A DNA stretch of 64,000 nucleotides from Deltaproteobacteria bacterium (GTDB lineage: Bacteria > Desulfobacterota > Syntrophia > Syntrophales > UBA2185), in NCBI GenBank assembly GCA_026388545.1, contig JAPLJS010000046.1, positions 23,396 to 87,395 on the forward strand. Direction: 5' to 3'. A program made the translations under genes and the position numbers. The stretch's first letter is position 1. Every line of letters starts with the position of its first letter. A model generated the notes under the pieces. That model was given only the letters and a program-made list of their open reading frames with translations, did not search any database and was not told the DNA's origin. Positions 40,957-50,631 of the stretch are shown here, piece after piece.

Positions 40957-42354
40957 ATGGGTGGTCTGTTTGGAGTAATTTCAAGTGAAGACTGTTCCAA
41001 AGCACTTTTCTACGGTACCGATTATCACTCTCATTTAGGTACAGAAAATGGAGGGATGGCTGTCCTTGGTCCTAATGGCTTTTATAAAGCCATACATAGG
41101 ATCAGTCAGGCACAGTTTAAATCAAGATTTTATGATGATTATAAGAGGTTGAAGGGTACCATGGGGATTGGTGCCATTGATGACGAATCGCCCCAGCCTC
41201 TTATTGTGCGGTCAAAGTTCGGCACATACGCCATTGCCGCAACGGGCATGATTACAAATAAAGATGTCCTGACAAAAAATCTGCTCGCCGAAGGTATGTC
41301 ATTCAGCGAAATGACGGGTGGTGGTGTGAACACTGTTGAACTCGCGGCAAAGCTTATCAACTCGGGAGATAATCTTGTTGCTGGTATTGAAAAGATGCAG
41401 GATGCGATAGAAGGATCCATATGTGTGCTGATCATTACGTCAGATGGTATTTATGCTGCCAGAGATAAGCATGGAAGATTTCCCTTGGCGATAGGAAAGA
41501 AAGGCTCTGAAGGGGAATTTGCGGTTGCCGTCGAAGCGAGTTCATTCAGAAATCTGGGTTATGAATTGATGAAGTTCCTTGGTCCCGGGGAGATTACGTT
41601 GCTTTCCCCACAAGGATTAAGAACCCTGAAACCGGAAAATAAAAATAAGAAGATATGTGCCTTTCTCTGGATATATACGGGAGATCCCTCATCGATATAT
41701 GAAGGCGTCAGTGTTGAAAATGCCCGGGAAAGATGTGGAATGGCAATTGCGACGAATGATGAAGTCGATGCGGACTTCGTGACAGGTATTCCGGATTCTG
41801 GAATAGGTCATGCCATAGGGTATGCCATGGCTTCCGGTATTCCTTACAGGAGACCTCTTGTAAAATACACTCCGGGTTACGGCAGAAGTTATACGCCGCC
41901 ATCTCAGGATATAAGGGATTTGGTTGCTACGATGAAACTCAATGCCATAAAAGACGTCATAAATGGTAATCGAATGATTGTTTGTGACGATTCGATTGTG
42001 AGGGGAACACAATTGAAAAACTATACTATCAAGAAACTATGGGATAGTGGGGCCAGGGAAATACATATCAGGCCTGCTTGTCCACCGCTTATGTACCCTT
42101 GTAAATATGCGTTTTCAACACGGTCGATTTCGGAACTTGCATCACGCAGGGCAATAAGGGCTATTGAAGGAAAAGATAGTGAGCATATTGAAGATTATCT
42201 TGACCATCGCTCAGAAAAGTACAGAAATATGGTTGAATGGATACAAAAAGACTTAAATGTCACTTCTCTGAGATACTTAAGTATTGAAGATATGGTTAAT
42301 GCAATTGGCTTACCAAAGGAGCAATTGTGTCTGTATTGCTGGCGCGGCCACTAA
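40957..42354 (+). CDS. Amidophosphoribosyltransferase-like protein (PurF paralogue) lacking the N-terminal catalytic Cys
   Basis: 465 aa. Collinear with PurF: PRTase motif MIVCDDSIVRGTQ, TGIPDSGIGHAIGYA, and putative Fe-S Cys at KICAF, YPCKY, CLYC. The N-terminus is MGGLFGV where PurF has MCG or CGV. Strong RBS GAGGAAGGA. Confidence 0.85.
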   Translation: MGGLFGVISSEDCSKALFYGTDYHSHLGTENGGMAVLGPNGFYKAIHRISQAQFKSRFYDDYKRLKGTMGIGAIDDESPQPLIVRSKFGTYAIAATGMITNKDVLTKNLLAEGMSFSEMTGGGVNTVELAAKLINSGDNLVAGIEKMQDAIEGSICVLIITSDGIYAARDKHGRFPLAIGKKGSEGEFAVAVEASSFRNLGYELMKFLGPGEITLLSPQGLRTLKPENKNKKICAFLWIYTGDPSSIYEGVSVENARERCGMAIATNDEVDADFVTGIPDSGIGHAIGYAMASGIPYRRPLVKYTPGYGRSYTPPSQDIRDLVATMKLNAIKDVINGNRMIVCDDSIVRGTQLKNYTIKKLWDSGAREIHIRPACPPLMYPCKYAFSTRSISELASRRAIRAIEGKDSEHIEDYLDHRSEKYRNMVEWIQKDLNVTSLRYLSIEDMVNAIGLPKEQLCLYCWRGH

Positions 42355-42698
42355 ATTTTTTTCATTAAGTGTCATTGTTTAATTAATAATACATTTCAGG
42401 TCTTAAGATTCCCGTTAGATTAATACGCTCTTCATCATTAAAATTAGGAAAAGCTGAGGAGTATTTACCAAGTAAAATCAATCTGTTAATCCCATAATGA
42501 AACTCACCGCCAAAGAGACAGGGTTTCCTGGCAAAGAAGGTATCTTTACCGTGCGCCCCTGTAGGCGTGTTCACGGAAAATGCTCCGGTTCAAGCCTGTA
42601 CGAAGGCAGAAGTCGTTATTAAAACGACGAAAACGTATGGGATTACCCATTGATTGCAGTCACTGCTTCGTGTTATATAAAATCACCTATGTAACGTA

Positions 42699-42869
42699 TG
42701 ACGGCATTGTAAAAAGTCCCCCTGCCTTCACAGGGGAAGGCTCCTGTTGAGTTGCGCTTCATCCTCCCACCGTATCGAGTGCGGGGCAGGCTATGCGACG
42801 TACATCCAAGTACGCCTCATTCTTCAGGGTTCGTGCGCCTTGCCTCTGGCACTTTTTACGGAAGCGTCA
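42699..42869. mobile_element. MITE-like element (about 171 bp) upstream of and overlapping the ispG ORF
   Basis: Inverted termini are TGACGGCATTGTAAAAAGTCC (42699-42719) and GGCACTTTTTACGGAAGCGTC (42848-42868). The interior is GC-rich and gives rise to two overlapping spurious reading frames. Confidence 0.5.
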
Positions 42870-42891
42870 CTTATGTTTGGGGTGTATTGTA

Positions 42892-43971
42892 TTGGAAGCC
42901 TGTATAGAAAGAAAAAAAACGAAACCTGTTTTTCTTGGTGATCTCCAGGTCGGCGGGAATGCTCCTGTTGCGGTTCAGTCTATGACCTGCACCGATACCA
43001 GGGATGTGAGGGCAACAGTTGAGCAGATAAAAAAGCTTGAGGAAGCAGGCTGTGAGATCATCCGGGTTGCTGTTCCCGATAGAGAAGCAGCTGCTGCGCT
43101 TTCTGACATCAAGAAGCAGATCACCATTCCCCTCATTGCTGATATCCATTTTAATTATCGCCTTGCTCTTGACGCAATGCGAAATGGCGTGGAAGGAATC
43201 AGAATCAATCCAGGCAATATCGGTAAAGAAAAAATAGTAAAGATTATTGAGTTTGCGAAAGCGAGTGGAACTGTTATTCGCATAGGTATCAATGCAGGTT
43301 CTCTTGAAAAAGATTTATTGAAAAAATATGGAGGACCGACCGCCCCTGCTTTGGTCGAGAGTGCTTTAAAAAGTCATGCTTTTCTCAGAGACTCAGGTTG
43401 TGAAGCGATAAAATTATCTGTTAAATCGTCGGATGTAACCACGATGGTAGAGGCTTATCGGGAATTATCAAAGAAGACAAATTGTCCCCTTCATCTTGGT
43501 GTCACAGAGGCAGGGAGTATCGTTAATGCTGCCGTTAAATCTTCCATTGGGATGGGAATTCTTCTCTATGAAGGAATTGGTGATACAATCCGAGTATCGG
43601 TGACGGGGAATCCTGTTTCTGAAATTGGCGTGGCGTATGGGATCCTCAGGGCTATGGGTATCAGAAAAGTAGGACCGGACATCATATCCTGTCCTACATG
43701 TGGTCGTTGTGAGATAGACCTTTTCAAGCTTACACAGGAGGTTGAAGAGAAATTAACAGGTATAAAGGCATATATAAAAATTGCCTTGATGGGTTGCGTT
43801 GTAAACGGACCCGGAGAAGCCGCTGAGGCGGATGTAGGGATCGCCGGTGGTAAAGGTTATGGGCTGCTTTTTAAAAAAGGTCGTGTTATAAAAAAAATAA
43901 AGGAAACAGAATTAATGGCAGCTTTGATGAATGAAATTCATTCGATGGTTGCTGAAATTAAGGAGGGATAA
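42892..43971 (+). CDS. ispG: 4-hydroxy-3-methylbut-2-enyl diphosphate synthase
   Basis: ERKKTKPVFLGDLQVGGNAPVAVQSMT..., CPTCGRC, GCVVNGPGE. ORF 42793..43971 extends into the repeat. The likely start is a TTG at 42892 or 42877, but this is uncertain. Confidence 0.9.
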   Translation: MEACIERKKTKPVFLGDLQVGGNAPVAVQSMTCTDTRDVRATVEQIKKLEEAGCEIIRVAVPDREAAAALSDIKKQITIPLIADIHFNYRLALDAMRNGVEGIRINPGNIGKEKIVKIIEFAKASGTVIRIGINAGSLEKDLLKKYGGPTAPALVESALKSHAFLRDSGCEAIKLSVKSSDVTTMVEAYRELSKKTNCPLHLGVTEAGSIVNAAVKSSIGMGILLYEGIGDTIRVSVTGNPVSEIGVAYGILRAMGIRKVGPDIISCPTCGRCEIDLFKLTQEVEEKLTGIKAYIKIALMGCVVNGPGEAAEADVGIAGGKGYGLLFKKGRVIKKIKETELMAALMNEIHSMVAEIKEG

Positions 43972-45683
43972 TGCGTTATTCGGAAATATTCTTGCCTACA
44001 ATAAGAGAAGTGCCTTCAGATGCGGAAATTATCAGCCATCAACTCATGATAAGAACAGGAATGATAAGAAAGTTGACAAGCGGTATCTATACGTACCTTC
44101 CTTTAGGCTACCGGGTTATTCAAAAAGTGGAGAAGATAATACGGGAGGAGATGAACAGGGCGGGAGCCCAAGAGATCTCTATGCCGACGATTCAGCCACG
44201 TGAACTATGGGAAGAATCTGGTCGGTGGAACCACTATGGTAAAGAACTTCTGAGGTTTAGAGATCGTCATGAGAGGGAGTGCTGTTTGGGGCCGACACAC
44301 GAGGAGGTTGTCACCGATCTTGTCAGGAATGAAATTAAGACGTATAGACAACTTCCTAAGAATCTCTATCAGATCCAGACGAAATTTCGTGACGAGATCC
44401 GACCGAGATTCGGTGTCATGAGATGCAGGGAATTCAGTATGAAGGACGCGTATAGTTTCGACGTAAACGAGGAAGGTGTCGATATAAGCTATAAAAAAAT
44501 GTTTGACGCCTACAGTAGAATATTCCAGCGGTGTGGTCTGAAGTTCAGGGCAGTAGAGGCTGATACAGGCAGTATTGGAGGGAACTTTTCCCATGAATTC
44601 ATGGTGATTGCCGATTCAGGTGAGGATGCCCTCGTCTTTTGCAGTAATTGTGAGTACGCAGCAAACCTTGAAAAGGCGGAGGTTTCTATACCCAATCGAA
44701 GAGAAATTCGAAAGGAAGATTTCCTTCCCCTTGAATTAGTCCATACACCGGATATGAAGAGCATTGAAGAAGTGTCTACATTTCTCAACGTAACTTCATC
44801 TGATGTTGTAAAAACCATGATATATAGCGCTGACAATGTGCCGGTTGCTGTTCTTGTCAGAGGGGATGAAGAAGTCAATGAAATTAAATTAAAAAACTAT
44901 TTGGGGTGTGATGCCGTCGAGAAGGCGTCTGACGACATGATTTATGAAGTTACAGGAGCCCCTCGTGGATTCGCAGGGGCTGTTGGAATAAAAGCGAAAA
45001 TGATTGCTGATTATTCTTTAATCAATATGGCCAATTTTGTGATGGGTGCAAATAAACCGGATTATCATGTGAAAAATGTAAATATCGGAAGGGACTTTTC
45101 CGTGGACGCCTTTGCTGATCTAAGAATAGTCAGGGAAAATGATTTATGTCCTCGCTGCGGCTCTCCTCTCAAATTTGCTCGCGGTATCGAGGTCGGGCAT
45201 GTTTTTAAACTGGGTACAAAGTACAGCAAAGCAATGAAGGCCATTTACCTCGATAAGAATGGAAAGGAACAGTACATGGTAATGGGATGCTACGGCATCG
45301 GTATCGGAAGGACTGTTGCTGCCGCCATTGAACAGAATTACGATGAAAATGGTATTATATGGCCACTACCAATAGCCCCCTACCATGTGATCATTACCCC
45401 GGTTAATGTTAATGATGAACCCATTAGGAGGGTATCGGAAGATTTGTATAAGTCCCTATCGGAAAAAGGTATTGAAGTTATTCTTGATGATAGAGATGAA
45501 AGAGCAGGTGTGAAATTTAAAGATGCAGATCTCATCGGCATCCCCCTGCGCGTGACGATTGGACATAAATCACTCGCCGAGGGGAGGATAGAAATTAAAA
45601 TCAGAGCATCAGGTGAGGTTAACAGTCTGACCATTGATCGGGTAGATGAGTTTATTGTCAATTATATAAATGTAGGCGTATAA
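43971..45683 (+). CDS. proS: Prolyl-tRNA synthetase (bacterial type with INS editing domain)
   Basis: 570 aa. QLMIRTGMIRKL, FRDEIRPRFGVMRCREF. The ATG overlaps the ispG stop by 1 nt. Confidence 0.97.
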   Translation: MRYSEIFLPTIREVPSDAEIISHQLMIRTGMIRKLTSGIYTYLPLGYRVIQKVEKIIREEMNRAGAQEISMPTIQPRELWEESGRWNHYGKELLRFRDRHERECCLGPTHEEVVTDLVRNEIKTYRQLPKNLYQIQTKFRDEIRPRFGVMRCREFSMKDAYSFDVNEEGVDISYKKMFDAYSRIFQRCGLKFRAVEADTGSIGGNFSHEFMVIADSGEDALVFCSNCEYAANLEKAEVSIPNRREIRKEDFLPLELVHTPDMKSIEEVSTFLNVTSSDVVKTMIYSADNVPVAVLVRGDEEVNEIKLKNYLGCDAVEKASDDMIYEVTGAPRGFAGAVGIKAKMIADYSLINMANFVMGANKPDYHVKNVNIGRDFSVDAFADLRIVRENDLCPRCGSPLKFARGIEVGHVFKLGTKYSKAMKAIYLDKNGKEQYMVMGCYGIGIGRTVAAAIEQNYDENGIIWPLPIAPYHVIITPVNVNDEPIRRVSEDLYKSLSEKGIEVILDDRDERAGVKFKDADLIGIPLRVTIGHKSLAEGRIEIKIRASGEVNSLTIDRVDEFIVNYINVGV

Positions 45684-45688
45684 AATTT

Positions 45689-47839
45689 GTGCTGCGTATT
45701 ATAGACATACTCGATAAAACCCAATCCTATTTATCTCCGGAAGAACAGGAGATAATAGAAAAGGCGTACATCTTCTCAGCATCTGTGCATCAGGGGCAGG
45801 TACGCCTGTCAGGAGAGCCTTATCTCACCCATCCCGTGGAAGTGGCAGGAATACTGGCTGATATGAAACTCGATGCGGCTACCATTGTAACAGGCATCCT
45901 CCATGATACGGTAGAGGACACGCTGGCTACACTTAAGCAGATAAAGGAGGCATTCGGTAAAGAAATCGAATTCCTGGTTGAGGGATTAACAAAGATAAGT
46001 AGAATCACCTATGGGAGCATGGTTGAGCATCAGGCGGAAAATTTCAGGAAGATGATTCTGGCAATGTCTTCCGATATCCGGATACTTCTGGTGAGACTGG
46101 CTGACAGAACGCATAATATGAGGACTCTTGAATTTCAACCTCCGGAAAAACAGAAATTTATCGCTGAAGAAACCCTTGAATTGTATGCTCCTTTAGCGAA
46201 CCGTCTTGGAATTAACTGGATAAGAATAGAATTGGAAGATCTGGCTTTCCGTTTTCTCAATCCTGAAGCTTATTATGAGCTGGACAGCCGTCTTGCAAAG
46301 AAGGAAGAGGAAAGAGAACGATATACCAAAGAAGTGAAAAATATCATCCAAACGGAGATCGATAGATTTGGACTGAAAGGTGATGTTGAAGGGAGAGCGA
46401 AGCATTTATATAGCATATACAGAAAGATGGAGGAACAGCGTTTAGACTTCGATGACATATACGACCTGATTGCCTTCAGAATCATCCTTGATACAGATAG
46501 GGAAAGTGAATGCTATGAAGCTCTCAGCGTTGTCCATTCTCTCTGGAAGCCGGTACCTGGACGTTTTAAAGACTATATTGCCATGCCGAAGGCAAATAAC
46601 TATCGTGCATTGCACACGACTGTAATCGGCCCCTATGGTGAAAGGGTGGAAATTCAGATACGAAACAGGATTATGCATGAATGGGCAGAGGGAGGTATCG
46701 CCGCACACTGGCGGTATAAAGAGGGGCGATCGTTTATTAGCGATGAAGATGATCAAATAAAAAAGTTAAGAGATTTGCTGGAAGTTCAACAGGAACTTAA
46801 AAATCCCCGGGAGTTCATGTCTAATCTGAAAATGGCCCTTTTCCCGGATGAGGTATATATATTCACACCGAAAGGTGATGTAAACTCCTTTCCCAAAGGA
46901 GCAACTCCTATTGATTTTGCATACAGTATTCACACTGATGTGGGACACCAGTGTATTGGAGCGAAGGTCAACAGAAACATAGTGCCTCTCAAGTATGAAA
47001 TGCAGAATGGTGATACTGTCGAGATTTTAACACAGACGGGACACCACCCCAGTAAGGATTGGTTGAAATATGCAGTAACATCGAGAGCAATATCGAAAAT
47101 CAGAAACTGGGTTAAAACGGAAGAAAGAAAAAAGAGTGTCTCTCTTGGCAAGGATCTCCTGGAGAAAGAATTCAAAAAGCATCACCTTAAATTCAGTCAA
47201 ATTGTCAAGTCCGAAGAAATCAAGAAAATTTACACAGAATATTCGGTAAATACAATTGAAGACTTGATGGCAATTATCGGTTATGGGAAGGTATCGGCAA
47301 AGCGGATTGTTAATCAATTTCTGCCCGAAGAGGAAGTAAAGACTGACGCGACAACCCTTATAAAGGAGAAAAAGAAGGGGGGTGCATCCGCATCCGTAGG
47401 CATTTCCTTAACGGGGATTGAGGATATTATGGTCAGATTTGCAAGATGCTGTAATCCAATTCCAGGAGACGATATTTTGGGGTATATCTCACGGGGAAGA
47501 GGAGTTACCGTTCATACGGTCAATTGCTCGTTTGTTGAAGGCCTGGATATGGAAAGAATCGTAGATGTATCGTGGAATATCAAAGAAAAGCAGACGTACC
47601 CGGTGAATATGAGGGTTGTATGCCGGGATAAGAAGGGCCTGCTCGCTGAAGTCAGTACGGTAATATCGTCTTTGGATATTAACATCAGTCACGCTGAAGT
47701 TGATACGAGGCTGGCAGACATGCAGGCAATATTAAGCTTTAAAGTGGATGTAAGTGATCTACAACAGTTCAACCAGGTATTATTTGCGATCAAAAAACTC
47801 AAAAGCGTCATTTCGGTTGAGAGGCTCAGAAAATCATAG
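45689..47839 (+). CDS. rel: Bifunctional (p)ppGpp synthetase/hydrolase (RelA/SpoT homologue)
   Basis: 716 aa, GTG start. HD hydrolase motif (HPVEV...LHDTVEDT), synthetase region (YRALHTTV), TGS and ACT-like C-terminus. Confidence 0.95.
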   Translation: MLRIIDILDKTQSYLSPEEQEIIEKAYIFSASVHQGQVRLSGEPYLTHPVEVAGILADMKLDAATIVTGILHDTVEDTLATLKQIKEAFGKEIEFLVEGLTKISRITYGSMVEHQAENFRKMILAMSSDIRILLVRLADRTHNMRTLEFQPPEKQKFIAEETLELYAPLANRLGINWIRIELEDLAFRFLNPEAYYELDSRLAKKEEERERYTKEVKNIIQTEIDRFGLKGDVEGRAKHLYSIYRKMEEQRLDFDDIYDLIAFRIILDTDRESECYEALSVVHSLWKPVPGRFKDYIAMPKANNYRALHTTVIGPYGERVEIQIRNRIMHEWAEGGIAAHWRYKEGRSFISDEDDQIKKLRDLLEVQQELKNPREFMSNLKMALFPDEVYIFTPKGDVNSFPKGATPIDFAYSIHTDVGHQCIGAKVNRNIVPLKYEMQNGDTVEILTQTGHHPSKDWLKYAVTSRAISKIRNWVKTEERKKSVSLGKDLLEKEFKKHHLKFSQIVKSEEIKKIYTEYSVNTIEDLMAIIGYGKVSAKRIVNQFLPEEEVKTDATTLIKEKKKGGASASVGISLTGIEDIMVRFARCCNPIPGDDILGYISRGRGVTVHTVNCSFVEGLDMERIVDVSWNIKEKQTYPVNMRVVCRDKKGLLAEVSTVISSLDINISHAEVDTRLADMQAILSFKVDVSDLQQFNQVLFAIKKLKSVISVERLRKS

Positions 47840-47932
47840 AAAGAGGAAAATTTGAAAATAAAGCCTAACGTTTATTCATTGACAGAAAATACATATTTGC
47901 TGTATGAAACGCACACCAAAAAAACAAATAGC

Positions 47933-48646
47933 ATGAAAGGGATAATATCAATTGGGATGAAGCTTTGGGTAGTGAGAATTTTTCTAATATTATTAATTGT
48001 GATTGTTCTTCCGCTTTACAGCGCGGTAGCCCAGCAACCTCAGAATAAACATCTGGTAATAATAGACCCTGCACATGGTGGAACGGATTTTGGTGTTAAA
48101 ATATCTGATAAGGAATATGAAAAAAAGTTAACCCTTGCCATATCGTTATTAATAAAAAAAGAATTGGATAAATCTGGAAACATTCGAATACAACTGACAA
48201 GATCATCCGATGAGGATGTATCATTATCTGAAAAGAAGAAGAAAATAGTGGCATTGAAATCAGAGTTGATTGTGAGCATTCATGTTAATGCGGGTTTCGG
48301 TAAAAATTCAACTGGATACGAATTGTATTTTCCTGGATTTAAGACAGCTTCAGCAGAAAAAAGTGATTCAAAGGAAATTCTCAAGGATATGGCAAGAAAC
48401 AAATATCTGAATGAATCTGTAAGGTTAGCACAATTGATACAGAAAAACATGGATAGTGTCTTTCCGAAAAAAAGTAGAGGTCTCCGGGATGCGCCCATAG
48501 CTATCCTTGAGGGCTTATCACTACCGGCAGTTATCGTAGAAATAGGTTTTGCCACGAATCCGGAAGATAGAAAAAAGATTGTAGATGGAAATATTCAAAA
48601 TGAGATTGCGCTTGCGTTAAGCAAAAGCATAAAAGACTACTTTTAA
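47933..48646 (+). CDS. N-acetylmuramoyl-L-alanine amidase (Amidase_3)
   Basis: A signal/TM segment is followed by VIIDPAHGGTDFG...SIHVNA. The internal ATG at 47933 is preferred over the TTG at 47852. Confidence 0.82.
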   Translation: MKGIISIGMKLWVVRIFLILLIVIVLPLYSAVAQQPQNKHLVIIDPAHGGTDFGVKISDKEYEKKLTLAISLLIKKELDKSGNIRIQLTRSSDEDVSLSEKKKKIVALKSELIVSIHVNAGFGKNSTGYELYFPGFKTASAEKSDSKEILKDMARNKYLNESVRLAQLIQKNMDSVFPKKSRGLRDAPIAILEGLSLPAVIVEIGFATNPEDRKKIVDGNIQNEIALALSKSIKDYF

Positions 48647-48683
48647 AAGTTATGATGTGCGGAAATAAAGAGCAACAGGAGTC

Positions 48684-49415
48684 ATGCAGGTTATGAGGGC
48701 TAACGGGCGCGGGTGGAATGAAATCAGAGAAGTGAAGATTACAAGGGAATATTTGAAATATCCTGAAGGGGCTGTCCTGATTGAAATGGGGAACACTAAA
48801 GTCATCTGTACAGCTACAATTGAGAATAAAGTGCCTGCGTTCTTAAAAGGGTCCGGCAAGGGCTGGCTGACAGCCGAGTACTCAATGATTCCCATGTCGA
48901 CTCAAAACCGTACGCCCCGTGAATCAGCAAGAGGCAGAATAGGTGGGAGAACACATGAAATTCAGAGACTGATCGGCAGATCACTGCGCGCTGTTACTGC
49001 TTTGGACACATTTGGCGAAAAAACAATTTATATAGATTGTGATGTGATTCAGGCAGATGGCGGAACAAGAACTGCCTCAATTACAGGTGGTTTTGTTGCT
49101 TTAGTCGATCTTTTTCGAAAATTAAGACAGCAGGGAATAGTGAGCGGAATTCCAGTTGAAGATTATGTATCCGCTGTCAGTGTTGGAGTTGTAGGTAGCC
49201 AGATATGTCTCGATCTGGAATATGAGGAAGACTCAAGGGCTGCAGTAGATATGAATTTCGTAATGACAGGGAAGGGACTTTTCATAGAAATTCAGGGTAC
49301 TGCGGAAGAAGTCCCCTTCAGCCGTGATGAATTTAATAAAATGACTGATATTGCTGTCCAAGGTATCGCGGAGATTACAAAAAAGCAGGTGGAGGTATTG
49401 GGAAAATTAACCTGA
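48684..49415 (+). CDS. rph: Ribonuclease PH
   Basis: [12 protein letters not shown]...[15 protein letters not shown]...[18 protein letters not shown]. Confidence 0.95.
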   Translation: MQVMRANGRGWNEIREVKITREYLKYPEGAVLIEMGNTKVICTATIENKVPAFLKGSGKGWLTAEYSMIPMSTQNRTPRESARGRIGGRTHEIQRLIGRSLRAVTALDTFGEKTIYIDCDVIQADGGTRTASITGGFVALVDLFRKLRQQGIVSGIPVEDYVSAVSVGVVGSQICLDLEYEEDSRAAVDMNFVMTGKGLFIEIQGTAEEVPFSRDEFNKMTDIAVQGIAEITKKQVEVLGKLT

Positions 49416-50008
49416 TGCGAATCATTTTAGCTTCTCGAAACGAAGGGAAAATAAGAGAAATTAACGCTATTCTTGAAGATCTGGACATAGAGATTCTTTC
49501 TCTTAATGATTATAAAGATCTTCCCGATATCAACGAAGACGGTACGTCATTCTTTGAAAACGCTCTCAAAAAAGCAAGAATAATTTCTGAACTTACGGGT
49601 GAAATGGTCCTTGCCGACGATTCAGGATTGGAAGTGGAATGTCTCGGTGGAGAACCGGGTGTTTACTCATCAAGATATTCAGGAAATGGGGCGACAGATA
49701 GCAGCAATATTAAAAAGCTTCTTGAACGTATGGAAGGAGTATCTGTCGAAAAAAGAAGCGCTTCTTTCAGATGTGTTCTTGTTCTTTATGAGCCAGATGG
49801 AGGATATGTGTCCTTTGAGGGCAGTTTGAAAGGAATAATAAATGATAAACCAGTTGGTGCCGGAGGCTTTGGTTATGATCCGGTATTTTTTCTGCCGGAA
49901 CTGGGGTTAACAGTAGCGCAGATTCCGCTGGAGATGAAGAACCGACTCAGCCACAGAGCCCGGGCTGTTGAAAAATTTAAAGAAGCATACAAGAGAAAGA
50001 GTGTATAG
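49415..50008 (+). CDS. rdgB: dITP/XTP pyrophosphatase (RdgB/HAM1)
   Basis: [13 protein letters not shown]...[19 protein letters not shown]...FGYDPVF. Confidence 0.93.
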   Translation: MRIILASRNEGKIREINAILEDLDIEILSLNDYKDLPDINEDGTSFFENALKKARIISELTGEMVLADDSGLEVECLGGEPGVYSSRYSGNGATDSSNIKKLLERMEGVSVEKRSASFRCVLVLYEPDGGYVSFEGSLKGIINDKPVGAGGFGYDPVFFLPELGLTVAQIPLEMKNRLSHRARAVEKFKEAYKRKSV

Positions 50009-50032
50009 AGTAAAATAATTCGATAAAGAAAA

Positions 50033-50109
50033 CGGGGCGTAGCGCAGCCCGGTAGCGCGCCTGCTTTGGGAGCAGGATGTCCCAGGTTCAAATCCTGGCG
50101 CCCCGACCA
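50033..50109 (+). tRNA. tRNA-Pro (anticodon UGG), CCA encoded
   Basis: Acceptor CGGGGCG/CGCCCCG, anticodon arm CCTGC-TTTGGGA-GCAGG, T-arm CCAGG-TTCAAAT-CCTGG. Confidence 0.93.
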
Positions 50110-50119
50110 GTAAATGAGA

Positions 50120-50159
50120 GGAGTTAGCGAATATCGTTAACTCCTTTTCTTTTTAATCT
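50120..50159 (+). terminator. Rho-independent terminator after tRNA-Pro
   Basis: A 10-bp stem GGAGTTAGCG-aatat-CGTTAACTCC followed by TTTTCTTTTTAATCTTTTT. Confidence 0.8.
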
Positions 50160-50167
50160 TTTTGGCT

Positions 50168-50245
50168 ATAATTCCCCGCCGCTTGCGGCGAATGAAATAT
50201 AACTCCCCGAGATACCCCGCTGTTTGCGGCGGGGTCGTTCATTGT
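50168..50245. repeat. REP-like GC-rich double hairpin element
   Basis: CGCCGC-tt-GCGGCG (50177-50190) and CCCCGCTG-tttg-CGGCGGGG (50215-50234), flanked by AATGAA...TTCATT. It underlies the spurious ORF 50162..50437. Confidence 0.6.
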
Positions 50246-50406
50246 GAGGATTTTTCATTGACTTGCTTCTTACTGCTTTCTGATATTCTTTTGGAATATT
50301 CTCAAAGACATCACCAATCAGTTGAAAATGGCAAGCAAGAAGGAGCCTTTTTTGTAAACAGGATAATTTATTGCTTTTATGATGTGCTATGGAGAATCGG
50401 AGTAAT

Positions 50407-50631
50407 TCACGATGATGTTGATTTATCTTTATCTTGATACCCTATCGTAAAAGTCTCCGGTGAATAGTCCCGTTCTGCTATTTGTTCACAGGATTGACAA
50501 TATTTTCTTGCAGGTATCTTTCCAGTCCAGAATATCATCTTTTTATGGTTAACCTTGCACCTGGGGCATATACAGGGTGTTAATTTTTGTCGAGTAGGTG
50601 TCCAATTATTATTTTTATTACTGCTACCCAT
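50407..50631 (-). CDS. Small hypothetical zinc-ribbon protein (74 aa from the internal ATG)
   Basis: CICPRCK...CQSCEQ (CxxC...CxxC). The ATG at 50631 is preceded by GGAATTGGGGAAA. Isolated in an AT-rich gap, so the coding status is uncertain. Confidence 0.35.
   Translation of the reverse strand: MGSSNKNNNWTPTRQKLTPCICPRCKVNHKKMIFWTGKIPARKYCQSCEQIAERDYSPETFTIGYQDKDKSTSS

Noticed and set aside
42383-42574. 63-aa minus-strand ORF (GTG start) in the purF-like/ispG spacer.
   Set aside because: No motif recognised, no clear RBS, and it is isolated. It could be a gene fragment, but I cannot support a call.
42747-42941. 64-aa ORF, and the first about 30 codons of ORF 42793..43971, upstream of ispG.
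   Set aside because: Both reading frames run through the MITE-like element 42699-42869. IspG homology begins only after about 42895.
50162-50437. 91-aa plus-strand ORF starting right after the tRNA-Pro terminator.
   Set aside because: Its N-terminal third is the translation of the GC-rich REP-like hairpins (RRLRRMKYNSPRYPAVCGG). There is no RBS, and it overlaps the more plausible minus-strand zinc-ribbon ORF.
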